Shown: positions 39,181-47,518 of the stretch, one piece after another
Layout of the letters: each line of letters starts with the position of its first letter
Numbering within the stretch: the first letter of the stretch is position 1
NCBI GenBank assembly: GCA_045646465.1
Contig: JAZRKT010000032.1
Span: 1-53,433 of the forward strand
DNA from: Eubacteriales bacterium
Lineage (GTDB): Bacteria > Bacillota > Clostridia > Oscillospirales > CAG-382
Direction: 5' to 3'
Length of the DNA: 53,433 nt
Made by a program: the position numbers and the translations under genes
Notes under the pieces: generated by a model
The model's input: the letters and a program-made list of their open reading frames with translations, nothing else
The model's database searches: none
Told to the model about the DNA's origin: nothing

Positions 39181-40566
39181 ATGAGAACACGACTTATAAA
39201 AATTATGTGCGTATTCTCGGTACTTACGCTTCTTTTTTCGCAATGCTTTATTTTTTCGGCTGAAAATTATAACGACAGGCGTTTTGATTCATATATAAAT
39301 ATGGGGCAAAACGCTGTAGACAACAACTACAGTATTCCCCATATGTTCCGTCAGGACGCACCCTATACCTACATTGAAAAGTTTCCTCTTGTGGTCACCG
39401 GTGCAACGGAATATGTTCCGCTGTCAATGTTTATTCTTTATCCTTATATAGAGGTAAGCTACAGCAACTTTGATGACAATTTTTACCTTGTAAACAACCG
39501 CAACGGAAACTATATTTCTTTTAATGTAGAGCAAAATATTGCTGAAACAAACAGCGGAGAAATGATGAAAATCGTCACCAAGGTTTTTTATCGCATAAGA
39601 TATGTCCCCGCAATACCTGTTGCAGAGGCGCTGGGTATGATGTGCGAAACCTACGATGACCCCGTACAGGGCATTTACGCCTTCAGAATTTCCAACGGCA
39701 AGTCCGAGAAAACTCTGACGGATTTAATTACGCCCTATCTTCTCAAAAAAGAACAAGCGCCGCCTCCCGAGCAGGAAGTCCCGATCCCCGAAAACAATCC
39801 TGACGAAACAAAGCCCGAAGATAAGCCTCCCATAAAGCCCGAGAACAACCCTCCTGCCATTGAGGAAAAACCGCAGGACCCCCTTGAAAAGCTTGCACCG
39901 AGAAGGCTCGGTCTGTGCTTTACAGGTATGTCCTATGAAAAGGCAGACACGGTTGTGACGGCTCTTGAAAGAAACCGCATCAAAGCTTCATTCAGCTTTA
40001 CACGTGAGGAAATATTGAGCAACCCTTCACTTGTAAGAGCGCTTTATACAAAAGCAAACGGCATTTTTGTTACGGCAAATCCCGATTTTGAAGCAATACG
40101 AGCACAGAATGAAGGGGTATCGGTGCCGCAGCTTGAGCTGATGTACGCAAACGCCTTCGTTTCACACCTTGAAGGAGCCAACGAAGCGCTTAAGGTCGTG
40201 CTTAAAACAAAATCAAATGTGTGTACGCTTCCCTCGTGGTTGCCCGACGGTCTTGCCGACAGCAAGATTTTCAGGGACACCTTGAATAAAGCAGGCTATT
40301 TTGTATTCACTCCAACCGCCAAAACAGGCGACTCGCCCTCATATAAGGGCAGCGCCTACAGCATCTCATCAATATTGAAAAATACCATTATGGGAGGAAA
40401 TGCAAACAGCTCCTTTGACACGGTGGCTCTTTTGTATATGTCCGACTATAGCAGATATTACGTTGCCGACATTGCATCATTGATTAACAAATACGAGCAG
40501 CTTTCATTCTTTGTGCCGGATAAGTTCTGGGTAGGGGAAAAGGCTGCAGATACAACCGAAAATTAA
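39181..40566 (+). CDS. Secreted two-domain protein: stalk-like N-domain, Pro/Glu-rich linker, degenerate NodB-like C-domain
   Basis: Signal peptide (MCVFSVLTLLFSQCFIFSA) and linker (QAPPPEQEVPIPENNPDETKPEDKPPIKPENNPP). The C-domain pattern resembles polysaccharide deacetylases, but CFTGMS replaces TFDDG and ANGI replaces GHEI. The fold assignment was made by eye only. Confidence 0.45.
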   Translation: MRTRLIKIMCVFSVLTLLFSQCFIFSAENYNDRRFDSYINMGQNAVDNNYSIPHMFRQDAPYTYIEKFPLVVTGATEYVPLSMFILYPYIEVSYSNFDDNFYLVNNRNGNYISFNVEQNIAETNSGEMMKIVTKVFYRIRYVPAIPVAEALGMMCETYDDPVQGIYAFRISNGKSEKTLTDLITPYLLKKEQAPPPEQEVPIPENNPDETKPEDKPPIKPENNPPAIEEKPQDPLEKLAPRRLGLCFTGMSYEKADTVVTALERNRIKASFSFTREEILSNPSLVRALYTKANGIFVTANPDFEAIRAQNEGVSVPQLELMYANAFVSHLEGANEALKVVLKTKSNVCTLPSWLPDGLADSKIFRDTLNKAGYFVFTPTAKTGDSPSYKGSAYSISSILKNTIMGGNANSSFDTVALLYMSDYSRYYVADIASLINKYEQLSFFVPDKFWVGEKAADTTEN

Positions 40567-40587
40567 TAAGTAAGGATATGATATAAA

Positions 40588-41298
40588 ATGGAACAGAGAA
40601 AGAAACGCATTCTTATAGTTGAGGACGAGACGGATATTGCGGAAATTCTGCAGTATAACGTGTGTAAGCAGGGTTATGATGCCGAAATAGCAAATGACGG
40701 TGAAAAGGGGCTTGCCCTTGCTCTTTCAGGCTCCTTTGACCTTATACTTCTTGACGTAATGCTTCCTAAAATGGACGGCTTTGAAATATGCAGACGTGTA
40801 AGAAGCCGACTTGAAACACCCATTATTATGCTTACTGCAAGAGAAGAGGAAAACGACAAAATCTTAGGCCTTGACCTGGGTGCCGACGATTATATGACAA
40901 AGCCCTTCAGTCTCGGCGAGCTGACAAGCAGAATACGCGCAAATATCCGCCGTTTTTCTGGCGAAACAGTTGTTAAGCAAACGGAGGACAAAGAAAACGC
41001 CATCATTCACGTTGAAGACCTTGAAATTGATACCGATTCCTACACCGTAAAGAAAAACGGCAAAGAGGTGTCTCTTTCAAAGCAGCAGTACGAGCTTCTT
41101 TGCTTCCTTGCAAAAAACAGGGGCAAAAAGTTCCGTCAGGATTCCCTTCTCGAAGCTGTATGGGGATATGACGAATACTACGGCGACGTAAGAACGGTAG
41201 ACGTTACCGTTGCCCGCTTAAGAAAGCAGATTGAAGATAACCCTTCTGAGCCTAAATACATCAAAAACAAAAGAGGTATGGGTTACTATATTGACTGA
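40588..41298 (+). CDS. OmpR/PhoB family response regulator, WalR/YycF-like
   Basis: Receiver (LILLDVMLPKMDG, GADDYMTKPF) plus a winged-helix output domain (VDVTVARLRKQIE). It is closely collinear with WalR. Confidence 0.88.
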   Translation: MEQRKKRILIVEDETDIAEILQYNVCKQGYDAEIANDGEKGLALALSGSFDLILLDVMLPKMDGFEICRRVRSRLETPIIMLTAREEENDKILGLDLGADDYMTKPFSLGELTSRIRANIRRFSGETVVKQTEDKENAIIHVEDLEIDTDSYTVKKNGKEVSLSKQQYELLCFLAKNRGKKFRQDSLLEAVWGYDEYYGDVRTVDVTVARLRKQIEDNPSEPKYIKNKRGMGYYID

Positions 41299-41330
41299 TA
41301 AAATAATTTTTTCGGCGGAGGAATACTGTT

Positions 41331-43124
41331 TTGTATAAGAGTCTTAATTCAAAGCTTGTGCTGATATTTATCGTGTTTATAATAGCGGTCATGGCGACGG
41401 TGGGCATTTTTTTGATGAACAGCGTCTTTGACTTTTATACCAACGATTTCCTTGTGCAGATGGAAGACGGCTTTGACAACGTCGTTGTTTCAAGCCTTGA
41501 AGAAGCTCTGCAGTACGAGGACAGTCCATCTTTGCAAAAACAGATACTTTCAGCCTACGCAAGCTCCTTCGGCTTTGACAGCCACCGAAGCTTTTATATT
41601 CTCGATAACAGCGCAAACATCCTTGAAAGCTCCGCAAAGGAGGAACTGCAGAACATACCGCTGACGCAAAATCTCATCTCTGCTATGAACGGCAAGAACG
41701 GCAACAGAAAAAGCAGCGGGGCTGAGCACCTTGACTACGCACTTCACCTTGAAAATAACGGCAAAGAATGTATTATCTATATTTATGACGACCTTTCCGA
41801 AACAAAGCAGCTTTCTTTTATGCTGTTTTCAATTATCATTAGAGCCCTCATTATCGGACTTGTAATTGCGCTGATTATGGCGTTTTTTCTTGCCAAGGCT
41901 ATTACACGTCCCATTCAGACCATCACAGGCGGTACACGTCAGATTTCATCGGGCGACTATTCACACCGTCTGCGTATACGTACAAAGGATGAAATAGGTA
42001 CTCTTGCTAAAAACTTTAACTCTATGGCTCAGGTTATCGAAAACACCCTTGATGAGGTTTCGGGAGAGCGTGAAAAGCTTCAGAATGTGTTTAACAGACT
42101 TGACGCAGGCGTTGCGGCATTTGAGGAAAGCGGCGAACTAATACATATAAATCCGTCGGCACTGTCTATGCTGTCGCTGCCCGATAACCACAAGCCCTGC
42201 TTTGACGAGCTGATGTGTGCTTTAGGTATTCCGGAGGTTACTATGGAGTCAGTGAGAAAATCGGGCTCTGTGCATATAGATGAGCAAAGCCTCTCTGACG
42301 TCAAGACACGTGAGCTTGTTGTAAGCATCGATATAGGTGTATTCGGTTACGACGGCTCGGCAAAATCAGGTTTCCTTGCAGTTGTTCAGAATATTACGGC
42401 AAATGCTCTTCTTGAAAAGAACAGACGCGAGTTTATCGCAAATGTATCCCACGAGCTGAGAACTCCTTTAACCAGCGTAAAGGGAGCAACCGAAACAATT
42501 ATCGAAGACCCCGATATGCCTCACAGCATTAAAAACAGATTTTTGCAGATTGTTATGAATGAGTCTGACAGAATGACAAGAATTGTACAGGATTTGCTTG
42601 TGCTGTCACGCCTTGACAACAGAAGAATGAGCTGGAAGCCCACAAAGTTCGACCTTCACGCTTCTATTCAAGGTATGTTTGATGCTCTTGAAACAGAGGC
42701 ACATGCCCACGGACACGATTTTAACTTTAAGTCAAAGCACAAGGGCAACGCTCCCATATTCGCAGACAAGGAAAGAATAGAGCAAGTCGTTACCAACATT
42801 ATAGGCAACGCCATAAAATATACTCCTGACAACGGGAAAATCAACGTGTGCTTAGATAAAACCTTTGACGATAACTATAAAATCTCGGTATCCGACACAG
42901 GCGTTGGTATACCCGAGGAAGACCTTGAGCACCTGTTTGAAAGATTCTACAGAGTTGATAAATCACGCTCCACAAATGCAGGCGGAACAGGTCTTGGACT
43001 TTCAATTGCAAAGGATATTATCGATGCACATAACGGTACAATAAACGTGGACAGTACCTTCGGAGAAGGAACAACAGTTACAATAATCCTTCCCAAGGAC
43101 ACAAGAATTTCAAACAACGAATAG
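41331..43124 (+). CDS. Sensor histidine kinase, WalK/VicK-like (2 TM, HAMP, PAS, HisKA, HATPase_c)
   Basis: H-box SHELRTPLTS, N box NAIKYTP, and G boxes DTGVGIP and GTGLGLSI. It has a TTG start. Confidence 0.88.
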   Translation: MYKSLNSKLVLIFIVFIIAVMATVGIFLMNSVFDFYTNDFLVQMEDGFDNVVVSSLEEALQYEDSPSLQKQILSAYASSFGFDSHRSFYILDNSANILESSAKEELQNIPLTQNLISAMNGKNGNRKSSGAEHLDYALHLENNGKECIIYIYDDLSETKQLSFMLFSIIIRALIIGLVIALIMAFFLAKAITRPIQTITGGTRQISSGDYSHRLRIRTKDEIGTLAKNFNSMAQVIENTLDEVSGEREKLQNVFNRLDAGVAAFEESGELIHINPSALSMLSLPDNHKPCFDELMCALGIPEVTMESVRKSGSVHIDEQSLSDVKTRELVVSIDIGVFGYDGSAKSGFLAVVQNITANALLEKNRREFIANVSHELRTPLTSVKGATETIIEDPDMPHSIKNRFLQIVMNESDRMTRIVQDLLVLSRLDNRRMSWKPTKFDLHASIQGMFDALETEAHAHGHDFNFKSKHKGNAPIFADKERIEQVVTNIIGNAIKYTPDNGKINVCLDKTFDDNYKISVSDTGVGIPEEDLEHLFERFYRVDKSRSTNAGGTGLGLSIAKDIIDAHNGTINVDSTFGEGTTVTIILPKDTRISNNE

Positions 43125-43334
43125 GATTTTTCAAATAAAAACGCCTTTTACAAAGAAATATACAACGACATCTCTGCTCTCGAAAAGCTGAGCTGTATGC
43201 TTTCGGGAGAATCTGATATTGTTTATGGAGGCAAAAAGCTTATTGAAGACATAAAGGTGTAACCTTTCGGATAAAAAATGCAATTAACAAGCATAGAACC
43301 TCAAAATGACAACTGAATTAAAGGAGGTGTGTAC

Positions 43335-43826
43335 TTGGAGGAATTTGAAAAGCTTTATAAAGAGTATTATCCCAGAGTATACGCCTTTTTGTATAAGCTG
43401 TGCAAGGACAAAGAGCTGACAGAGGAAATGGCTCAGGATACCTTTTACGAGCTGTACAAAAGTCTGCACAAGTATAACGGCACCTGTAAGCTGTTTACTT
43501 TTATAGCGGCAATTGCAAAAAACGTTTATTACAAATATGTCAGAAAAAACAAAATTGAATGTATTGATATAAATTCAGTGGAGGAGCTTCAGGATTTAAG
43601 CGACACTCCCGAGGAAGCGTGCATACGTAACCTCAAAAGTGTAAAAATACGTAAGGTTGTACAGATGCTTCCCAAAAACTACAGGGACGTAGTGGTACTG
43701 CGAGTATACGCCGATCTTACCTTTCCCGACATAGCCGCCACTCTTGGTATAAGCACCTCGTCCGCAAAGGTAATCTTCCACAGAGCCAAAAAAATTCTTA
43801 CAGAGGAGCTGTTTGACGAAAGATGA
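43335..43826 (+). CDS. ECF-subfamily RNA polymerase sigma-70 factor
   Basis: Region 2 (YYPRVYAFLYKLCKDKELTEEMAQDTFYELY) and region 4 (LPKNYRDVVVLRVYADLTFPDIAATLGIS). TTG at 43335 lies 7 nt after AAGGAGG. The track GTG at 43329 is too close to the RBS. Confidence 0.88.
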   Translation: MEEFEKLYKEYYPRVYAFLYKLCKDKELTEEMAQDTFYELYKSLHKYNGTCKLFTFIAAIAKNVYYKYVRKNKIECIDINSVEELQDLSDTPEEACIRNLKSVKIRKVVQMLPKNYRDVVVLRVYADLTFPDIAATLGISTSSAKVIFHRAKKILTEELFDER

Positions 43827-44206
43827 ACTGCCAGATAATTATGGACCTGATTCCAATGTATGCCGATAAAACAGCTTCGGATGAAACAAAGCTGCTTGTT
43901 GCAAATCATCTGAAGACCTGCAGGGATTGCAAAAAGTTTTTTGATTCCTGCAAAAAAACCGAAAAAAAGTGCTTCATCTCTATGGGAAAGCTGGATAAGC
44001 TTAGAGAAAAGCTGCGTGCGTCAAACACAGATATGCCTTCAGTTGATGCCGAATTTGCCCGTCTTTCAAGCAGACTTAAAAAAAGAAAGCTACGTAAAAC
44101 AATAATCGGCTGTATCCTTGCAGCAGGCGCTCTTGTCTATGTTGTCATAGACATTGTGTCCGCAGTAAAAAGAAAGGACAGCCGTCATAACGGAGGAAAT
44201 GCATGA
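43823..44206 (+). CDS. Anti-sigma factor, zf-HC2 type, single TM
   Basis: H-x3-C-x2-C (HLKTCRDCKKF) and a C-terminal TM (IIGCILAAGALVYVVIDIV). The ATG overlaps the sigma stop (ATGA). Confidence 0.8.
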   Translation: MNCQIIMDLIPMYADKTASDETKLLVANHLKTCRDCKKFFDSCKKTEKKCFISMGKLDKLREKLRASNTDMPSVDAEFARLSSRLKKRKLRKTIIGCILAAGALVYVVIDIVSAVKRKDSRHNGGNA

Positions 44207-45894
44207 CAAATCTTGTTTATGACGTCAAAAACGTCTGCTCCTTAAGAGAGCTGATTCAGAATTCGGCTGAGGAGTATGCCAACAATACCGCTTTTGTGCT
44301 TAAGGACAAAAACGGCGAAATCATTGAGGTTACCTACACCGATTTCTACAGTGAAATCAAGGCTCTTGCAACATATCTATGCTCAAAGGGGCTTGAAAAC
44401 AAAAAAATTGCCGTAATCGGCAGAAACAGCTATGAGTGGGCACTTTCCTATTTTGCAGTATGCTGCGGAGTGGGTATAGTCGTTCCCATTGATAAGGAGC
44501 TTAAAGCACCTGAGGTTAACAATATTCTTAATCTGTCCGGTGCAGATGCCTGCATATACGCTCCCGAAATGGCAGAGAAAATCGAAAACTACGGCTTTGA
44601 GGGAGTTAAAATATGCAAGACCGAGCTTCCTTGGTGTGTGGAACAGGGCAGAAAGCTTATTGAGGAGGACGGAGACCAAAGCTACCTTGACCATAAGGTT
44701 GATCCCTATGCAATGGCTGCCATCATTTATACCTCGGGAACTACAGGCGTTGCCAAGGGCGTTATGCTCAGCCAGTACAACATCTGTGCCGATATTGTTG
44801 GAACCTTAAAGGTTGTCAAAGTTACTCCCAGTGACAGAACCTTAAGCGTTCTTCCTTTGCACCACACCTATGAATGTACACTCGGTATGTGTGCTATGCT
44901 CTACGCCGGTGCAAGTATATCATATGCATCAAGTCTGTTAAAGCTTCTCTCAGAATTCAAGGAATACAAGCCTACAATTTTTATGGCCGTTCCTCAGCTG
45001 CTTAAGGCTATTCATTCCGGTATTATGAAAAAAGTAGGTGCAGTCAAGGGCGGCAAAGCTTTCCTTAACGTAGGAAAAACAATTACCACACTTTCTGGAA
45101 AATTTGCACCCAACGTTGCTCCTAAGCTTTTCAAAAGCATACACGAAGCCTTCGGAGGAAGATTGAGAATGATTCTTGTGGGTGCAGCTCTTGTAGATGA
45201 AAGAATTTTCCGTGACTTTGAAAAATTCGGCTTTGCCATTTATACCGGCTACGGACTTACCGAAACTGCGCCTCTTTGCGTAATGCATAATGACTTTGAC
45301 AGAAAGGCTGATACAATCGGTCTTCCTCTCAACGGCGACAAGTGTAAAATCGTAAATCCCAATGCCGACGGTATTGGCGAGCTTGCCGTTAAGGGTCCTA
45401 ACGTAATGCTTGGCTACTATAACGACGAAAAGGCGACAAGAGAAGCTTTTGACGAAGAAGGCTATTTTCTCACAGGCGACCTTGTGTGCATAGACCCCGA
45501 ATCGGGACACTATAAAATCGTGGGACGTATCAAAAATATGATAGTTACTTCAAACGGCAAAAAGATTTTCCCCGAAGAAATTGAATTTCTCCTTGAAAAG
45601 TGCCCCGCAGTAAAGGAATGTATGGCTTACGGTGACGAAGATGAAAACGGCGACACAAAGGTTGCAGTTAAAATATTCCCAAATTTTGAAGAACTTGAAA
45701 AAGCAGGCGTTTCAAAGGAAAACAGCGCCTTTGAAGAAAAAATAGTTGAATATTTCTTCAATTATATTAAAGAGAAGGTGAATAAAAATCTTCCCGGCTA
45801 TAAGGCTGTTCACAGAGTGACCATCCGTCACACGGAATTTGATAAAACCACAACTCAGAAAATCAAAAGAGGCTCTGCAGAAAATCTCAAGTGA
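44203..45894 (+). CDS. AMP-dependent long-chain acyl-CoA synthetase/ligase (FadD-like)
   Basis: AMP-binding motif IIYTSGTTGVAKGVML, plus GYGLTE and TGDL. The ATG overlaps the anti-sigma stop (ATGA). Confidence 0.88.
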   Translation: MTNLVYDVKNVCSLRELIQNSAEEYANNTAFVLKDKNGEIIEVTYTDFYSEIKALATYLCSKGLENKKIAVIGRNSYEWALSYFAVCCGVGIVVPIDKELKAPEVNNILNLSGADACIYAPEMAEKIENYGFEGVKICKTELPWCVEQGRKLIEEDGDQSYLDHKVDPYAMAAIIYTSGTTGVAKGVMLSQYNICADIVGTLKVVKVTPSDRTLSVLPLHHTYECTLGMCAMLYAGASISYASSLLKLLSEFKEYKPTIFMAVPQLLKAIHSGIMKKVGAVKGGKAFLNVGKTITTLSGKFAPNVAPKLFKSIHEAFGGRLRMILVGAALVDERIFRDFEKFGFAIYTGYGLTETAPLCVMHNDFDRKADTIGLPLNGDKCKIVNPNADGIGELAVKGPNVMLGYYNDEKATREAFDEEGYFLTGDLVCIDPESGHYKIVGRIKNMIVTSNGKKIFPEEIEFLLEKCPAVKECMAYGDEDENGDTKVAVKIFPNFEELEKAGVSKENSAFEEKIVEYFFNYIKEKVNKNLPGYKAVHRVTIRHTEFDKTTTQKIKRGSAENLK

Positions 45895-45912
45895 TTTTCT
45901 GCAACCGTTTTC

Positions 45913-45942
45913 CACGCACCTAATATGGTGCGTGTTTTTTTC
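45913..45942 (+). terminator. Rho-independent terminator after the acyl-CoA ligase gene
   Basis: CACGCACC-TAATAT-GGTGCGTG followed by TTTTTTTC. Confidence 0.85.
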
Positions 45943-46274
45943 TTAGTGGATGTTGCTTAACGGAACAATATATCAACCGTACTCATATCAACTCCAAAAT
46001 TTGAAATGTACTCTCCGTATAAATCACACACGACCAAATATCGGTCGGAAAAGCTCGACACCAAATGTCGCAGGCAACTATGGATGATAGTATATTATCC
46101 GTTATCGTGAACGGACAAAGAATGTCGCATCCGCAGAGGCGAAACCTCCCTGCAACACAAAAACTAAAAGCAAAAAGATATAAGAAAAATCATACCACAA
46201 TTAGTATGTCAATATCACCAAAATATCAATATCTTGATTGTCAAAAATTAACAGAAAAAAATCCTTAAAAACCC

Positions 46275-46302
46275 TTGACAAAATAAAAACAATGTTGTAT
46301 AA
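46275..46302 (+). promoter_or_regulatory. SigA-type promoter of the str operon
   Basis: TTGACA (46275-46280), a 16-nt spacer, then TATAAT (46297-46302), about 80 nt upstream of rpsL. Confidence 0.7.
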
Positions 46303-46380
46303 TAGCCGTTGACTGAAAACTGTAAATGTGTAAACATGCGCAATTTTCGGAAACAAAATATATCTGAAAGGAGAAGCGGT

Positions 46381-46803
46381 ATGCCAACATTTAACCAATT
46401 AGTCAGAAAAGGACGCGAACAGGTTACTTACAAGTCTAAGTCTCCTGCACTTCAGAAGGGTCTCAACACTCTTACTAAGCAGGCAACAGATACCAGTGCA
46501 CCTCAGAAGAGAGGCGTTTGCACAAAGGTGTCCACAAAGACTCCAAAGAAGCCTAACTCTGCTCTTAGAAAAATCGCAAGAGTTCGCCTTACAAATGGTA
46601 TTGAAGTTACATCCTATATCCCCGGTATAGGCCATAACCTTCAGGAACACTCTGTTGTTCTTATCAGAGGCGGTAGAGTTAAGGACCTGCCTGGTGTTCG
46701 TTATCACATTATCCGTGGTACGCTTGATACACAGGGTGTGGCAAAGAGAAACCAGTCCCGTTCCAAGTATGGTGCAAAGCGCGAAAAGGCTGCATCTAAG
46801 TAA
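46381..46803 (+). CDS. rpsL: 30S ribosomal protein S12
   Basis: [13 protein letters not shown]...[10 protein letters not shown]. The start is set at 46381 (AAAGGAGAAG upstream). The upstream part of the track ORF is non-coding. Confidence 0.97.
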   Translation: MPTFNQLVRKGREQVTYKSKSPALQKGLNTLTKQATDTSAPQKRGVCTKVSTKTPKKPNSALRKIARVRLTNGIEVTSYIPGIGHNLQEHSVVLIRGGRVKDLPGVRYHIIRGTLDTQGVAKRNQSRSKYGAKREKAASK

Positions 46804-46966
46804 TTAGAAGAAACTTTTCAAGTACGGCAGAAAAAATTCACTGCCGGGTTGGTATTACAGAGGTAACCGCATTTCAATAGATTGTGTGCCTCTCAGTAAG
46901 TGCTGACGGAATAGGTAATCATTTCGAGTACCTGTGAATTCATTTTTTATGAAGGAGGGAATACAA

Positions 46967-47434
46967 GTGCCGAGAAGAGGTAACGTACCCAAGAGAGATG
47001 TACTGCCCGATCCTATGTACAATTCCAAGCTCGTAACAAAGCTTATCAACAACATTATGTACGATGGTAAAAAGGGTGTCGCTCAGAAAATAGTTTACGA
47101 CGCATTTGCGATCATCAATGAAAAGGTTGGAGATCCCCTGGAAGCATTCCAGAAGGCTCTCGAAAACATTATGCCGGTTCTTGAAGTTAAGGCTCGCCGT
47201 GTAGGCGGTTCTACCTATCAGGTTCCGATCGAAGTAAGACCTGAAAGAAGACAGACTCTTGGTCTTAGATGGCTTACAGTTTACTCTCGTGCCAGAGGCG
47301 AAAACAAAATGTCTGAACGCCTCGCAGGTGAAATCATGGACGCTTGCAACGGAGTAGGTTCCGCAGTTAAGAAGCGCGAAGATACACACAAGATGGCCGA
47401 AGCAAACAAGGCATTCGCTCATTACAGATATTAA
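46967..47434 (+). CDS. rpsG: 30S ribosomal protein S7
   Basis: (M)[19 protein letters not shown] with a GTG start at 46967, preceded by GAAGGAGGG. Confidence 0.96.
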   Translation: MPRRGNVPKRDVLPDPMYNSKLVTKLINNIMYDGKKGVAQKIVYDAFAIINEKVGDPLEAFQKALENIMPVLEVKARRVGGSTYQVPIEVRPERRQTLGLRWLTVYSRARGENKMSERLAGEIMDACNGVGSAVKKREDTHKMAEANKAFAHYRY

Positions 47435-47518
47435 TTTCACGCTGCATACGGCAGCATAGACGGCAAACCGTAAACCGGACAGGCTGTCACATTCAAAAGA
47501 ATATAAGGAGAAAAATCC

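Noticed and set aside
43125-43262. A 45-codon in-frame open extension after the histidine kinase TAG stop (DFSNKNAFYKEIYNDISALEKLSCMLSGESDIVYGGKKLIEDIKV), considered as readthrough or a gene remnant.
   Set aside because: An open stretch of this length after a stop is not statistically unusual. There is no recognisable domain, no RBS for the internal ATG, and the kinase already ends with a complete HATPase domain.
46065-46268. A 67-aa plus-strand ORF in the region upstream of rpsL.
   Set aside because: There is no Shine-Dalgarno sequence. The peptide is basic and low-complexity, and it runs into the str promoter. Its ATG is part of the 15-mer shared with the argS-yebC spacer, where the same frame stops after 7 codons.
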